From positions 70,584 to 134,583 of the forward strand of contig CAWGUE010000001.1 of assembly GCA_963825595.1 (NCBI GenBank): a stretch of 64,000 nt of DNA. Reading direction: 5' to 3'. The notes under the pieces were generated by a model, which ran no database searches, was not told the DNA's origin, and saw only the letters and a list, made by a program, of their open reading frames with translations. A program made the position numbers and the translations under genes. This DNA comes from an uncultured delta proteobacterium (GTDB lineage Bacteria; Desulfobacterota; Desulfobacteria; Desulfobacterales; SG8-13). Numbering within the stretch: the stretch's first letter is position 1; each line of letters starts with the position of its first letter. This document shows positions 17,282 to 27,270 of the stretch, one piece after another.

Positions 17282-18850
17282 GTGACAATGGATCCATTTG
17301 AAACCCTCATATCGATGGCGATCGACTCGACCGCCGCCCTGACTGCCGGCGACAGGTACCGCCGTTTGCTGGAAGCCTTGGGCAACGTCATCCCCTACGA
17401 TGCCGCTGCTTTACTGCGGTTGGACGGGGATGCGATGATACCGGTGGCGACGCGCGGCCTTTCCCCCGACACCATGGGTCGTCGTTTTCTGCTGAGCGCC
17501 CACCCCCGCCTGAACATTATCTGTCATTCGGAAGATCCGATTCACTTTTCGGAAGGCACCCAACTGCCGGATCCGTTCGATGGTCTTGTATCCGGCCGAC
17601 CCGGCCCTGCCGGCCGCATCCACGCCTGCCTGGGGTGCCCGCTCAGGGTGGACGGCACATTGATCGGCGCATTGACGGCCGATGCCTTCAAACCGGATGC
17701 CTTTGCAGATTTGGATCAGGAATTCATCGTTGCGGCCAGTGCGTTGGCCGGCGCGCAAATGCGGACCGCCCATCTTCTGGCAACGTTGGAGCAATCCGCC
17801 GAGCGGCAGGACATGATCGCCAGCGATCTCATGCGCGACATCCAGATGCGGCAGGGTGTAAAGCTTATCGGGAGCAGTCCGGTCATGGTGCATTTACGCC
17901 GAGAAATCGATCTGGTTGCCCGATCGGATTTCACCGTCATGGTCCTGGGCGAAACTGGGGTGGGAAAAGAACTTGTGGTCCGCGCCATCCACAGGGCATC
18001 GTCGCGCCGAAATGCCCCATTGTTCTATCTGAACTGCGCGGCACTGCCCGAAACACTGGCCGATAGCGAGCTTTTCGGGCACATTCGAGGCGCTTTTACC
18101 GGTGCCAACAACGACAGGGCCGGCAAGTTCGAAGTGGCTGACGGGGCGACACTCTTCCTGGATGAAATCGGCGAACTACCGCTGGATGTCCAGCCTAAGC
18201 TGCTGCGTGCCATACAGGAAGGTGAAATCCAGCGGGTGGGGAGTAACGATACGCTGCGGGTCGACGTGCGCCTATTGGCAGCCACCAACCGCAGGCTGGA
18301 GGAAGAAGTGCGCTCAGAGCGTTTTAGGGTAGACCTGTACCACCGGCTCAATGTCTATCCGATTACGGTACCGCCGTTGCGGCAAAGGCGCGGTGACATT
18401 CCCTTGCTGGCGGGTTATTTTTGTGAGCTGAGTCAACGGCGCCTGGGGCTGGGTCCCTTCAGGGTGAACACCGAGGCTCTGGAGGCCCTTGAAACGTATC
18501 ATTGGCCCGGCAATGTCAGGGAGTTGGAAAATGTTCTGTCCCGGTCCATACTCAAGGCTGCGTCCGAGAATCCGCGTGGAACACCTTTTGCTGTGGACAC
18601 CCGGCATATCGATACCGATATTTCCGCGCCGCAAATTCGATATCCCCAAGCAGAGTCGAAGGCACCGCCGATGGACGCAACGGTGTCCATGCGGCAGGCT
18701 GTTGAAAATTTACAACGAAACCTGATCCGTCACGCTGTCGCCGGTAATCAAGGCAACTGGGCCGCCGCCGCCCGGCAACTCGGCATGCACCGCAGCAACC
18801 TCCACAATTTGGCCAAACGGTTGGGGTTGCGCCGGCGATCAAGGCCTTAA
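17282..18850 (+). CDS. norR: NO-responsive sigma-54 activator NorR (GAF, AAA+, HTH)
   Basis: 522 aa. Collinear with E. coli NorR as I recall it: RLLEALGNVIPYDAAALLRL, GRRF...HPRL, LPDPFDGL, HACLGCPL..G.LIGALT, GETGVGKE, ESELFGH..GAFTGA, WPGNVRELE, NWAAAARQLGMHRSNLH.LAKRLGL. Confidence 0.92.
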   Translation: MTMDPFETLISMAIDSTAALTAGDRYRRLLEALGNVIPYDAAALLRLDGDAMIPVATRGLSPDTMGRRFLLSAHPRLNIICHSEDPIHFSEGTQLPDPFDGLVSGRPGPAGRIHACLGCPLRVDGTLIGALTADAFKPDAFADLDQEFIVAASALAGAQMRTAHLLATLEQSAERQDMIASDLMRDIQMRQGVKLIGSSPVMVHLRREIDLVARSDFTVMVLGETGVGKELVVRAIHRASSRRNAPLFYLNCAALPETLADSELFGHIRGAFTGANNDRAGKFEVADGATLFLDEIGELPLDVQPKLLRAIQEGEIQRVGSNDTLRVDVRLLAATNRRLEEEVRSERFRVDLYHRLNVYPITVPPLRQRRGDIPLLAGYFCELSQRRLGLGPFRVNTEALEALETYHWPGNVRELENVLSRSILKAASENPRGTPFAVDTRHIDTDISAPQIRYPQAESKAPPMDATVSMRQAVENLQRNLIRHAVAGNQGNWAAAARQLGMHRSNLHNLAKRLGLRRRSRP

Positions 18851-18864
18851 AACATCCGGAATTC

Positions 18865-18917
18865 ATACCGCTTTTCGATAATACATTCCGAAATACGGAA
18901 GGGCGGTATAAATGGTT
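18865..18917. repeat. Short palindromic repeat unit, copy 3 (inverted relative to 4394-4449)
   Basis: ataccgcttttcgataatacattccgaaatacggaagggcggtataaatggtt. Sits between the convergent 3' ends of norR and the hybrid kinase gene. Confidence 0.55.
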
Positions 18918-18971
18918 GTAGGAAAAAACCTTCGAATAACGGAACGTTTTTATCCAATTTCTGAAAAGTTC

Positions 18972-21900
18972 TCATGGAATTTCCGGGTTGATTTCTCCTG
19001 TCAAGAGGACGCGCAGCGCTTCGCTCAGTTCCTCTATTCGGAATGGCTTTTTAACGACGCCCTTAAATCCATAGGCTTCACAGTCGGACATGATCGGGTC
19101 ATTGGAATAACCGCTGGAAACGATGGCAACGGCCTTTGGATCGTACGCCAGAAGCTTTTGCACGGCTTCCTTGCCTCCCATGCCGCCGGGAATCGTCAGA
19201 TCCATTATAACGACATCGAAAGCCTGGCCGGATTCCTTGGCTTTCCGGTACATATCAAGCGCCGCGCTGCCATCCTCGGCCAGTGCGGCTTCAAAACCCA
19301 TTATTTTTAAAAATCTGGCGGCCACATCACGAATTAATATCTCGTCGTCCATGACCAGAATCCGCCCCTTCCCTTTGAAGATCATGTTTTCGCTCTTATC
19401 TGCCTGCTCGACGGCCTTTTGGGATGCGGGTAGAAGAATTGTGAACATCGTCCCAACCCCCAAATTTGAGTTCACCGTGAGACGACCATCGTGTTTATCG
19501 ATAATTGAAAACGCCACCGTAAGTCCCAGGCCGCTGCCTTTTTGTTTCGTGGTAAAGTACGGATCGAATATTCTATCAAAATGGGTCACCGGTATGCCGA
19601 CACCTTGATCGATTATCGCTATCTTCACATACTCGCCGGGCGTCAAACTTCCGGCATTGTCGACACCCAAGACCACATTCTCGGCTTTTATCTTGAGCAG
19701 GCCGCCTTGCGGGGTCGCCTGCACGGCATTTATCACCAGATTGTTCACGACCTGGCTGATCTGCCCGGCATCGGCCTCGACCGGTTTCAGATCGGGTTGA
19801 ATTCCGTAAGCGCATTTCAGGTTGGATCCCCGAAGTGAAAACGCCGCCGTGTCTTTCAACAGATCGGGTAAATGCAGGACCGACTTCACCGGCTCCCCCC
19901 CCTTTGAAAATGTGATCAGTTGCTGGGTGAGATCCTTGGCCCGCATGGCCGCACTCTCCATTCCTTTGATACTGTCGTAGGCTTTCGACGTTGGATCGAT
20001 GTCGAACTTTACCAAAGAGAGATTGCCGAGAATTCCGGTTAAAAAATTATTGAAATCGTGCGCAATGCCACCCGCCAGGACACCCAGCGACTCGAGTTTT
20101 TGAACTTTGAGACGTTCCTGCTGCAATTGACGTTTCTCGGTGACATCATAAAGCGCCCCCTGCACGTGGGCTGGTTTACCGGACGCATCGCAAACATTCT
20201 GGATATATTCGTGCACCCAGCGAACCGAGCCGTCTTTTCTCAGGATGCGATACTCCGTCTCACAACGGTATGCAGGCTCCGTATTGATCTTTGCGGTGCG
20301 CTCGATCTTAGACGGCAAGTCATCCGGGTGAATCAGCTGATCCCAGCGGATCGATCCGTTTACCAGCTCGTCTTCGCTGTAGCCGGTGATTTCTTCGATC
20401 GCACCGTGCATGAAAATGGGGGTGAAGTCCAGATGGCCCCTGAAAACGATGCCGTGAAAGTTGTGGACAAAGGAGCGGTAACGGGCTTCACTTTCCTTGA
20501 GCAGTTCTTCGGCCTCGTACTTTTCGGTTATGTCGCTGACGATTCCCTGATAATGTGTAATCGTTCCATTATTATCTCTGCGGATAAACGTCTTGTCTTC
20601 AATCCATATAACCTCCCCATCATTCTTGATGATACGGTACGGTTTATGGGTGAATTCTTCGCGATCCTTCTCGGAGCTGTAGTCTTTGACTTCATTTTCG
20701 ACGCGAACCAGATCATCCGGGTGGACAACCGCCCGGTAGGAAATTTTTCCGGACATAAAATCGGCGGCGCTGTACCCGAAAACCGTCGCTACGTTCTCGG
20801 TCACAAACTGAACCGGCCATCCCGGCCTGTTTTGCCACAAAAACGCCACCGAGGTACTTCTTTCTATGATGCGATAGGCGTTCTTCAGGGATTCTTCCGC
20901 TTTCTCCCGTGCCGTGATGTCCCTGATCATGGCGCAGACGAGCTTGCAACCTTTGTGACTGTAAAATCCAGTCGCAATCTCCACCGGGAATACCGTGCCG
21001 TTTGCTCTTTTGTGGAGACGGTAGGTCAGGCTGCTGATAGGTCCTCCCACCAATTCCTTGGCAACGGCGTTTATGTGCCGCTCCGATTCATGCGGTTCAG
21101 CGGAAAGAGACAAGGCAGACAAACCGCACATTTCTTCATATCGATACCCGTATAAATTCAAAGCCGATGGATTGGCATCGATGATTGTCTTATTTTCAAC
21201 TTCCGTGATGATGATCGCATCCGGCTCGGCGTTGAACAGGTCCCGGTAGTTTGCCTCAGTCTCCCGTAATTTGGCCTCTGTATGCTTATGTTCAAGGATT
21301 TCATTCCTCAAGTCTTCGTTGACCTTAGCGAGTTCTGCCGTGCGCTGCGCGACTCTTCGCTCGAGCCCGTCGTGGGCTCGTTTCAGCTGATCTTCAACTT
21401 TCTGGCGCCGGGTGATGTCTCTCGAAATGCCGATCAATACGTCACGTCCGCGCCAGCGACCCTTCGTCACTTTGGTCTCGACCGGAATTATCGCACCGCT
21501 CCGGGTACGCAGAGGAATCGGGCATTCCGTTCGGTTGCCGTCCAGCATTTCTTTGATGATCGACGCGGCTTCGTCGCGTTGTTCCTGCGGATGCACTTCA
21601 AGGACATGCATCGCTGAAAGCGCTTCAGCCGTATACCCCAATCGGTTTTCCACTGTCGGATTGACGCTCAAAATATTGCCGCCGGAATCGAGGATGAAGA
21701 CGAAATCCTCTATGGAGTCAAAAAGGGCCTGCAAATCTTTTTGGCTTTCATGCAATGACGCTTCAGCCGCCAAACGACTGAAAACCCCGCCGATCTGGGT
21801 GGCAATCGATTCAACGGCATCGCGAGCATCTTGCGGAATGTCATCGTGGGTGTGAGAGGCAAGGTTTAGCGTACCGATAACTTTCAGCTTGTCCATTACG

Positions 21901-22274
21901 GGAATGACGGCCAGGGCGCGTAAACCTTCGTCCGTGCATACGGAGTCTCTGTGGCATGAAATCTCAGGAAAAAGTCCGTAGATCGGTTTTGCGGACATGA
22001 TCAGTTGGACTTGCGGCGAATCGGCCCGGTAATGGGCGGCCTGCTCGATAAAACCGGCCGGCAACCCTCTGTGGACGATCAAATCCAGACTCCCGGTGGA
22101 TTCATCGAAAAGATAGATGCCGCCGCAATCGATCCCCTCGATCCGGCAGGTCGCATCCAGGATCAATTGGCATGCCTCTCTTTGATCGCTGGTCGCACTG
22201 AGAGCCATGCCGAGATCGCGCTGGAGCCGTATTAATTTTCCAGCCTGCCTATATATAATGTCTATCCCGGCCAA
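18972..22274 (-). CDS. Cytoplasmic hybrid sensor kinase (GAF, about four PAS, HisKA, HATPase_c, REC)
   Basis: 1100 aa with no TM segment. H-box LAGGIAHDFNNFL, N-box VVNNLVINAVQA, DQGVGI, GSGLGL. C-terminal receiver ILVMDDE...VIMDLTIPGGMGG...SSGYS. Confidence 0.92.
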   Translation of the reverse strand: MAGIDIIYRQAGKLIRLQRDLGMALSATSDQREACQLILDATCRIEGIDCGGIYLFDESTGSLDLIVHRGLPAGFIEQAAHYRADSPQVQLIMSAKPIYGLFPEISCHRDSVCTDEGLRALAVIPVMDKLKVIGTLNLASHTHDDIPQDARDAVESIATQIGGVFSRLAAEASLHESQKDLQALFDSIEDFVFILDSGGNILSVNPTVENRLGYTAEALSAMHVLEVHPQEQRDEAASIIKEMLDGNRTECPIPLRTRSGAIIPVETKVTKGRWRGRDVLIGISRDITRRQKVEDQLKRAHDGLERRVAQRTAELAKVNEDLRNEILEHKHTEAKLRETEANYRDLFNAEPDAIIITEVENKTIIDANPSALNLYGYRYEEMCGLSALSLSAEPHESERHINAVAKELVGGPISSLTYRLHKRANGTVFPVEIATGFYSHKGCKLVCAMIRDITAREKAEESLKNAYRIIERSTSVAFLWQNRPGWPVQFVTENVATVFGYSAADFMSGKISYRAVVHPDDLVRVENEVKDYSSEKDREEFTHKPYRIIKNDGEVIWIEDKTFIRRDNNGTITHYQGIVSDITEKYEAEELLKESEARYRSFVHNFHGIVFRGHLDFTPIFMHGAIEEITGYSEDELVNGSIRWDQLIHPDDLPSKIERTAKINTEPAYRCETEYRILRKDGSVRWVHEYIQNVCDASGKPAHVQGALYDVTEKRQLQQERLKVQKLESLGVLAGGIAHDFNNFLTGILGNLSLVKFDIDPTSKAYDSIKGMESAAMRAKDLTQQLITFSKGGEPVKSVLHLPDLLKDTAAFSLRGSNLKCAYGIQPDLKPVEADAGQISQVVNNLVINAVQATPQGGLLKIKAENVVLGVDNAGSLTPGEYVKIAIIDQGVGIPVTHFDRIFDPYFTTKQKGSGLGLTVAFSIIDKHDGRLTVNSNLGVGTMFTILLPASQKAVEQADKSENMIFKGKGRILVMDDEILIRDVAARFLKIMGFEAALAEDGSAALDMYRKAKESGQAFDVVIMDLTIPGGMGGKEAVQKLLAYDPKAVAIVSSGYSNDPIMSDCEAYGFKGVVKKPFRIEELSEALRVLLTGEINPEIP

Positions 22275-22491
22275 GCGGTCACCTCACAAATAAATATATT
22301 ATGATCGTTCTCGGTTTTGTTTAGAAGTGGTTTCTGAACTTCAGATCACGCCCAAGACCAAGGCGTGGGACGACGAAAAAACGTAGCATACACCGAAGAG
22401 GACCACAACACCACAACTTGCCCGCCCGCCTGAGGCGGGTGAACCTTTGGCGGGTTGGGTGTTAGATGAGATTTTGACACCACCTCTATGC

Positions 22492-24021
22492 TCATTTAGG
22501 GTCTAAACGGTTTTTCACTACCGCGGACATCTGTCCGAGTTCCCTTTCAATATTCTGCACAGAGTCCTTTAATGTCGTCTTCAACCTTTCAGACTCATTT
22601 CGAAGACACACGCGATCGTATGCCAGTGCGACTGTGCTTATTATCCAAATCAACGTGTCTAACTGCGCATTAGAAAGCCCTTTAGCGTTAAAGGCAAGAC
22701 CCAAAAAAGACGCTGACATATTGTTTTGGCATAAAGGGACCAGCAGACATGACGTAATCTTGGCCTTGCTGAGAACGCCTTCCTCTATACCGACACCACC
22801 TAAATTGTCCATGCTGGCGACGGCCGGCAGGTTGTTCTGCATCATTTTTGCCAGAGTGGCGTTCTTAAACTGCGTTATTTTTTCTCTCGCAAACAGGTCG
22901 CCGCTGTCGATGATGACCTCATCAACCTGCACAAAGTCAGGATTGCTGCTCGAGCAAGTCAATACCACGGCGAAGTTGACCGCGATCGTTCGGTTTATTA
23001 TTCCGACGGCCTTTTTTAATAACACTTTTTCGTTTGTCTGAAAATAGACGGTTTCGAATACGTCAACGCAGTTCACCGCCGTGCGATCATCTGTGATAAC
23101 ATCCGGTTTGATGGTATCGGTCGATCGGCCATTCTTTTGAATGTGTTTTTCATCCTCAAAAGGCTTCAGGATGTCTTCCAAATCACCGACAAACGTATCA
23201 TCCGTATTTTCTGGTTTAGATACTTCAGGATCATTATCAGAAGTCATAACAGTCGAAAGACTGTTTGACGATGGTGTCGGCATTCGCACGCTTTTTTCCT
23301 GAGGGGCGGGTTCGGCCTGCGTTGGCGTAGCCGTTTCTGCTTCATCATCGGCTTCGTCTTTTCTGTTCAACCCTTCCATGACGATGGCCATCGTACTCTT
23401 GTCTATGCGCTTCTGCTTTTTATCTGCCTGCAACTCCTTTAAGAAAAGTTGTACGTCATCCCAGGCGACGATGTCATAAGCGGCCTCTTCACCGATGATA
23501 TCGCCGGTGGAGGCGTCGATCAGATCACCATCTGTAATGTAAAGAAAACCCTTTTGTCCAGCGGCGGCGTGCACTTCAAGCGTGCAGGTTTTCTGCTCCA
23601 TTTCGATCATCTGTAAAAAACTGCTGACTGAAATGCCTCTAATTGAGCCGTCAGGAGGATTTTCAAGTTCTTTGATCACCGCCTCGGCCATAATGTCGAT
23701 ATCCACTGGTTTTTCCATGATCCGCAACCGGCCTAATTTTTCAAGTTTTTTCTGCACACGGGGCGTGCAAAATGCGCTGACGACAATCGCAGGGATAGTC
23801 GGAAAATTATTGTGCATGTAAACCAGCAATTCGATGCCATCCATCTCCGGCATTTTCAGGTCTGTGATCACCAAATCGATACTTTGGGACTCGAGGATTT
23901 TGACCGCCTCTTTACCGTTGATAGCGGTGAAAACCTTAAAGCGATCTCTGTACGGCTTAAACAAACCCGCCATAACCAGCAGCAAAGTCTCTTCATCTTC
24001 AACGACCAATATATTTTTCAC
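22492..24021 (-). CDS. Response regulator: REC, DUF4388/PATAN-like domain, acidic linker, GAF-like C-terminal domain
   Basis: 509 aa. ILVVEDEE...VITDLKMPEMDG. DUF4388-like GSIRGISVSSFLQMIEMEQKTCTLEV...GFLYITDGDLIDA...GEEAAYDIVAW. Confidence 0.8.
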   Translation of the reverse strand: MKNILVVEDEETLLLVMAGLFKPYRDRFKVFTAINGKEAVKILESQSIDLVITDLKMPEMDGIELLVYMHNNFPTIPAIVVSAFCTPRVQKKLEKLGRLRIMEKPVDIDIMAEAVIKELENPPDGSIRGISVSSFLQMIEMEQKTCTLEVHAAAGQKGFLYITDGDLIDASTGDIIGEEAAYDIVAWDDVQLFLKELQADKKQKRIDKSTMAIVMEGLNRKDEADDEAETATPTQAEPAPQEKSVRMPTPSSNSLSTVMTSDNDPEVSKPENTDDTFVGDLEDILKPFEDEKHIQKNGRSTDTIKPDVITDDRTAVNCVDVFETVYFQTNEKVLLKKAVGIINRTIAVNFAVVLTCSSSNPDFVQVDEVIIDSGDLFAREKITQFKNATLAKMMQNNLPAVASMDNLGGVGIEEGVLSKAKITSCLLVPLCQNNMSASFLGLAFNAKGLSNAQLDTLIWIISTVALAYDRVCLRNESERLKTTLKDSVQNIERELGQMSAVVKNRLDPK

Positions 24022-24036
24022 GTCAACACGCCTCCT

Positions 24037-25467
24037 TTAAAGTATATAATCAGCCGGCTGGATACCGTATGATGTCGGATTGAGGGATCGTAACGCTTTT
24101 CTGATGTAGGCTCCCGTAACGGGGTCTTTTTCGGCCAGGTCCACCAGGCGTCCGCGCTTGACGCCGTCCTTTGTGTCTCTTTCGAGCAGAACCACGCGGG
24201 GAAGCCGCCCGCCGGATTCGAACGGGTAATCGGTCACCAGGCCGATTTCACCGTTGTCGAACTGCAGCAGCGTCCCCGGCGGATACGTGCCCATCATCAT
24301 AGCAAACACTTTCAATAGAATAGGATCAAAATCCGTCCCGGCCCCTTCCAGCATGTGGCTGAGCGCCTGATCGGGGCTAAACGTCGCGGGCCTGTAAACC
24401 CGGGGGGATGTGAGGGCATCGTAGACATCGGTAATATGAAGGATCCTTCCAAGCAGGCTGACCGCCTTTATGAAGTGAACCTTTGGATATCCAGACAGGT
24501 CATACCGTATATGATGCTCGAACGGGGCGAGCAATATTTCTGATTTCAGGTCGTGTGACGCCTGCAGCTTTAATATCTGCCGAACGCTTGACAGGGGATG
24601 TTTCTGTATTTCTTTCCACTCCACGGCATTCAATGCACCCGGTTTATTCACAATTTCACGCGGCACCTCCACTTTACCCAAATCGTGGAAAAGTCCGCAA
24701 ATGCCGAGGCGCTCTAAAGTCGTCCGCGACAGCCCGATGCGGTTTCCCAAGCAAAGTGAGAGTACCGCAACATTCACCGAATGCGTGTAGGTATAGTCAT
24801 CATAGTCCTTGATCGTGCCCAGCCCAATCAGAACGGCTTCGTCTTGGAGGGCCACATCGACCATGCTCTGGATCATCCGCTTGGCTTTGCGAACACCCGC
24901 AAAGCCTTGCGTGTTTATTTTTTTAGACACCTGTTTCACAGCCGCGACGGCATTAAAATAGGTATCCCGGGCCTTCTCTTTTAGATTGGGGTCGCTCTTG
25001 TTTAACTTCAAGTCTTCTCTATTGACAATACTCACCCAACGGATACCCGTCTCGGTCAATTTCTGTTTCAGCCACTGAGCAGGAAGTTCCTGCTGTGTTG
25101 AAAGGATGAGATACCGCATGAAAGTGATGATCTCATCGTAGGAAGCCTCTTTGAAGGCCGGTTGAAAATGCAGTCCGTGCAGGGACCGGCGATTGAAAAA
25201 AACGAGCAGCGCGTGAATAACGCGAACAAGGTCTTTGCGATATTGCAGTTTTTCTCCACGGATGTAGAATCTTCCCTCCGATATGAGAACTTTGAGGTCA
25301 TCTTCGGATTCTACCTGAAAAATATTTTGCTTGAATTTGCGAAGCGCTTCCTTCACCAATTCGTTGTTGTCGTTGTGAATTTTAATCGCCTGAATCAGCC
25401 GATACAGGCTGAGAACAAAATTTTCCTCCCACGGCAATGTATTTTGACTTTTTTCAAGATGATTCAT
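24037..25467 (-). CDS. HD-GYP domain phosphodiesterase with an uncharacterised N-terminal domain
   Basis: 476 aa. HSVNVAVL, GLFHDLGKVEVP, HHIRYDLSGYP. Confidence 0.88.
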   Translation of the reverse strand: MNHLEKSQNTLPWEENFVLSLYRLIQAIKIHNDNNELVKEALRKFKQNIFQVESEDDLKVLISEGRFYIRGEKLQYRKDLVRVIHALLVFFNRRSLHGLHFQPAFKEASYDEIITFMRYLILSTQQELPAQWLKQKLTETGIRWVSIVNREDLKLNKSDPNLKEKARDTYFNAVAAVKQVSKKINTQGFAGVRKAKRMIQSMVDVALQDEAVLIGLGTIKDYDDYTYTHSVNVAVLSLCLGNRIGLSRTTLERLGICGLFHDLGKVEVPREIVNKPGALNAVEWKEIQKHPLSSVRQILKLQASHDLKSEILLAPFEHHIRYDLSGYPKVHFIKAVSLLGRILHITDVYDALTSPRVYRPATFSPDQALSHMLEGAGTDFDPILLKVFAMMMGTYPPGTLLQFDNGEIGLVTDYPFESGGRLPRVVLLERDTKDGVKRGRLVDLAEKDPVTGAYIRKALRSLNPTSYGIQPADYIL

Positions 25468-25552
25468 TTTCTATTCGACTGAAATTAAATGACCTCCGGA
25501 AAAGCCGGGGGTTTAAAGATGATGATGATGATTTTTCACGAAAAAGACTGCC

Positions 25553-27256
25553 TCAAAGCACTTTGAGAGCCACCCGGCGTATACCGGGAAAGCCGCTTCG
25601 GGAGGCGGTCACCAAAACCTGCTTGGCCTTTTCCGTCTTCAGCTCCATAAGGGCAATGGCGGCGCCCTTTCGACGGGCGCTGGCAAGGAACCGGGAAAAC
25701 AGGCCGCCTTTTAGAAGTATATCCTGTAGATACACGACCAAATCGGCTGAGCCGCATTTGCCGAGCGCTCTGTAGCAGGCGGATTGATGTTCGTACTCCT
25801 TGCCCCGGAATTTTCGTTTTTTCAGATAATCCAAAAGAAGCCTTTCGGTCACTTCGCAGCGGCGCGACCCAAGATAATCCAGGCACTTTTGACGGATGGG
25901 GCCGTTCTCATCGTCGAGCAGTGCGATGAGTTTTTCGGGTATCCACAGGTTCCGCCAGGCAACGACGTTGATAACTTCCATCCGAACCCGCTCCGCCGGA
26001 TGATTGAGCAGTTTGGCAAGGATTCGGTCGGAGCCTTTCCCATTTATCCGGCCGAGCAACGGAACCAGGCGATACAAAAGGCCTTCACCGGCGATGTTCA
26101 ACAGGTGTTCGAACGGGCTCATATCTCTTTCAGCCAACGCAACAATCACGTCCGCGATCAATTTTCCCACCGCGGGACTCTGCGTTTCAGACAGTAATGA
26201 GCCGAGGGCATAAATCGCCTTGGACGGCAGCAGGCTTAACGTCTGTTTGGCTTTTACCAGTTCTGATTCATCGAGTTCGGGCCATGGATCCTGAAGGACC
26301 GCCAGATACTCCTTGCCGGATATCTCCGTAAAAAAATCCTTTATACCCGGATGAATCGCTGGCGATGTTTCTTTGGAAAGCATGCGGACCTGGTGCAACC
26401 TTTTGAGTATTTGGTAGCCACTGTTAAAATCTCTTTTGGACAGTGCTTTTTGCAGTCCTTCCTTCAGATACTCCAGCACGACCTCGAAAAACTCATGGCC
26501 CTCCTGCTCCTTGAGGATGTCGGCCATCATGTTCAGGATCTCTCCTGATGCATCGCGCCGTTCACCCTTTTTAACCATCTCTTTTAGGGTCTCTATCTCG
26601 ATCGGCTTCAATTCCAGTAAGTCCATATCCACCAGGCGCAGCTGCTTGGCCCTGTCGACCAGCTCGCGTGCTGCAACGCCGCTATTCAGTGTCTCCAAGG
26701 ACTTGAAAAGAGAGGTGCCATTTTGCTGAGCAGCCCCGCCCGGTGCTTGTTTTTCTCCTTTTTCAATCGAATCTGCGCTGTCTGAATCGGTTTCGATGAT
26801 ACTGTCAACAGCCTCATAGAGGACATGGGGTAGCTGTGCTTCCCATAGGGCGGTAACGATATCGCCCTCGGCCTCGGCCGGAATGACCTTGTATTTATGT
26901 AAAATTTTGACGAACGTTTTCGTTTCAGGTAAATCTATCCCAGCCTGAAAAACCAACTTGAGCATGCCATCCCGAAAAAGGGCGAAGGCAATGTCTCCAT
27001 CTTTGGCCGTGCCCTCGTAAACCACCTCATCTTCGATCAAAAACCGGTCTTTTTTAACCTTGATGCAGAGCTCGTTATGTTGGCTGAAGTATGAATCAAA
27101 ACAAGTCTTCAAACGCGTGACAGCCGACTGACATTTATTATGGTCTTCAGAGTACAGGGTCATGATTTTGCATACGAACTGCAGCGTATCGATAATTGAT
27201 TTGGCCTCTGCGATCGATTCTGCAGGGTGATTCGTTGTCGGCTTTTGCGAAATCAT
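25553..27256 (-). CDS. HEAT/armadillo-like repeat protein
   Basis: 567 aa. The C-terminal half has repeated helical pairs with (D/N)P..VR motifs (LLNHPAERVRMEVINVVA, LLDDENGPIRQKCLDYLG, ...PGIRRVALKVL). Confidence 0.7.
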   Translation of the reverse strand: MISQKPTTNHPAESIAEAKSIIDTLQFVCKIMTLYSEDHNKCQSAVTRLKTCFDSYFSQHNELCIKVKKDRFLIEDEVVYEGTAKDGDIAFALFRDGMLKLVFQAGIDLPETKTFVKILHKYKVIPAEAEGDIVTALWEAQLPHVLYEAVDSIIETDSDSADSIEKGEKQAPGGAAQQNGTSLFKSLETLNSGVAARELVDRAKQLRLVDMDLLELKPIEIETLKEMVKKGERRDASGEILNMMADILKEQEGHEFFEVVLEYLKEGLQKALSKRDFNSGYQILKRLHQVRMLSKETSPAIHPGIKDFFTEISGKEYLAVLQDPWPELDESELVKAKQTLSLLPSKAIYALGSLLSETQSPAVGKLIADVIVALAERDMSPFEHLLNIAGEGLLYRLVPLLGRINGKGSDRILAKLLNHPAERVRMEVINVVAWRNLWIPEKLIALLDDENGPIRQKCLDYLGSRRCEVTERLLLDYLKKRKFRGKEYEHQSACYRALGKCGSADLVVYLQDILLKGGLFSRFLASARRKGAAIALMELKTEKAKQVLVTASRSGFPGIRRVALKVL

Positions 27257-27270
27257 CCGATTTTATCTCT

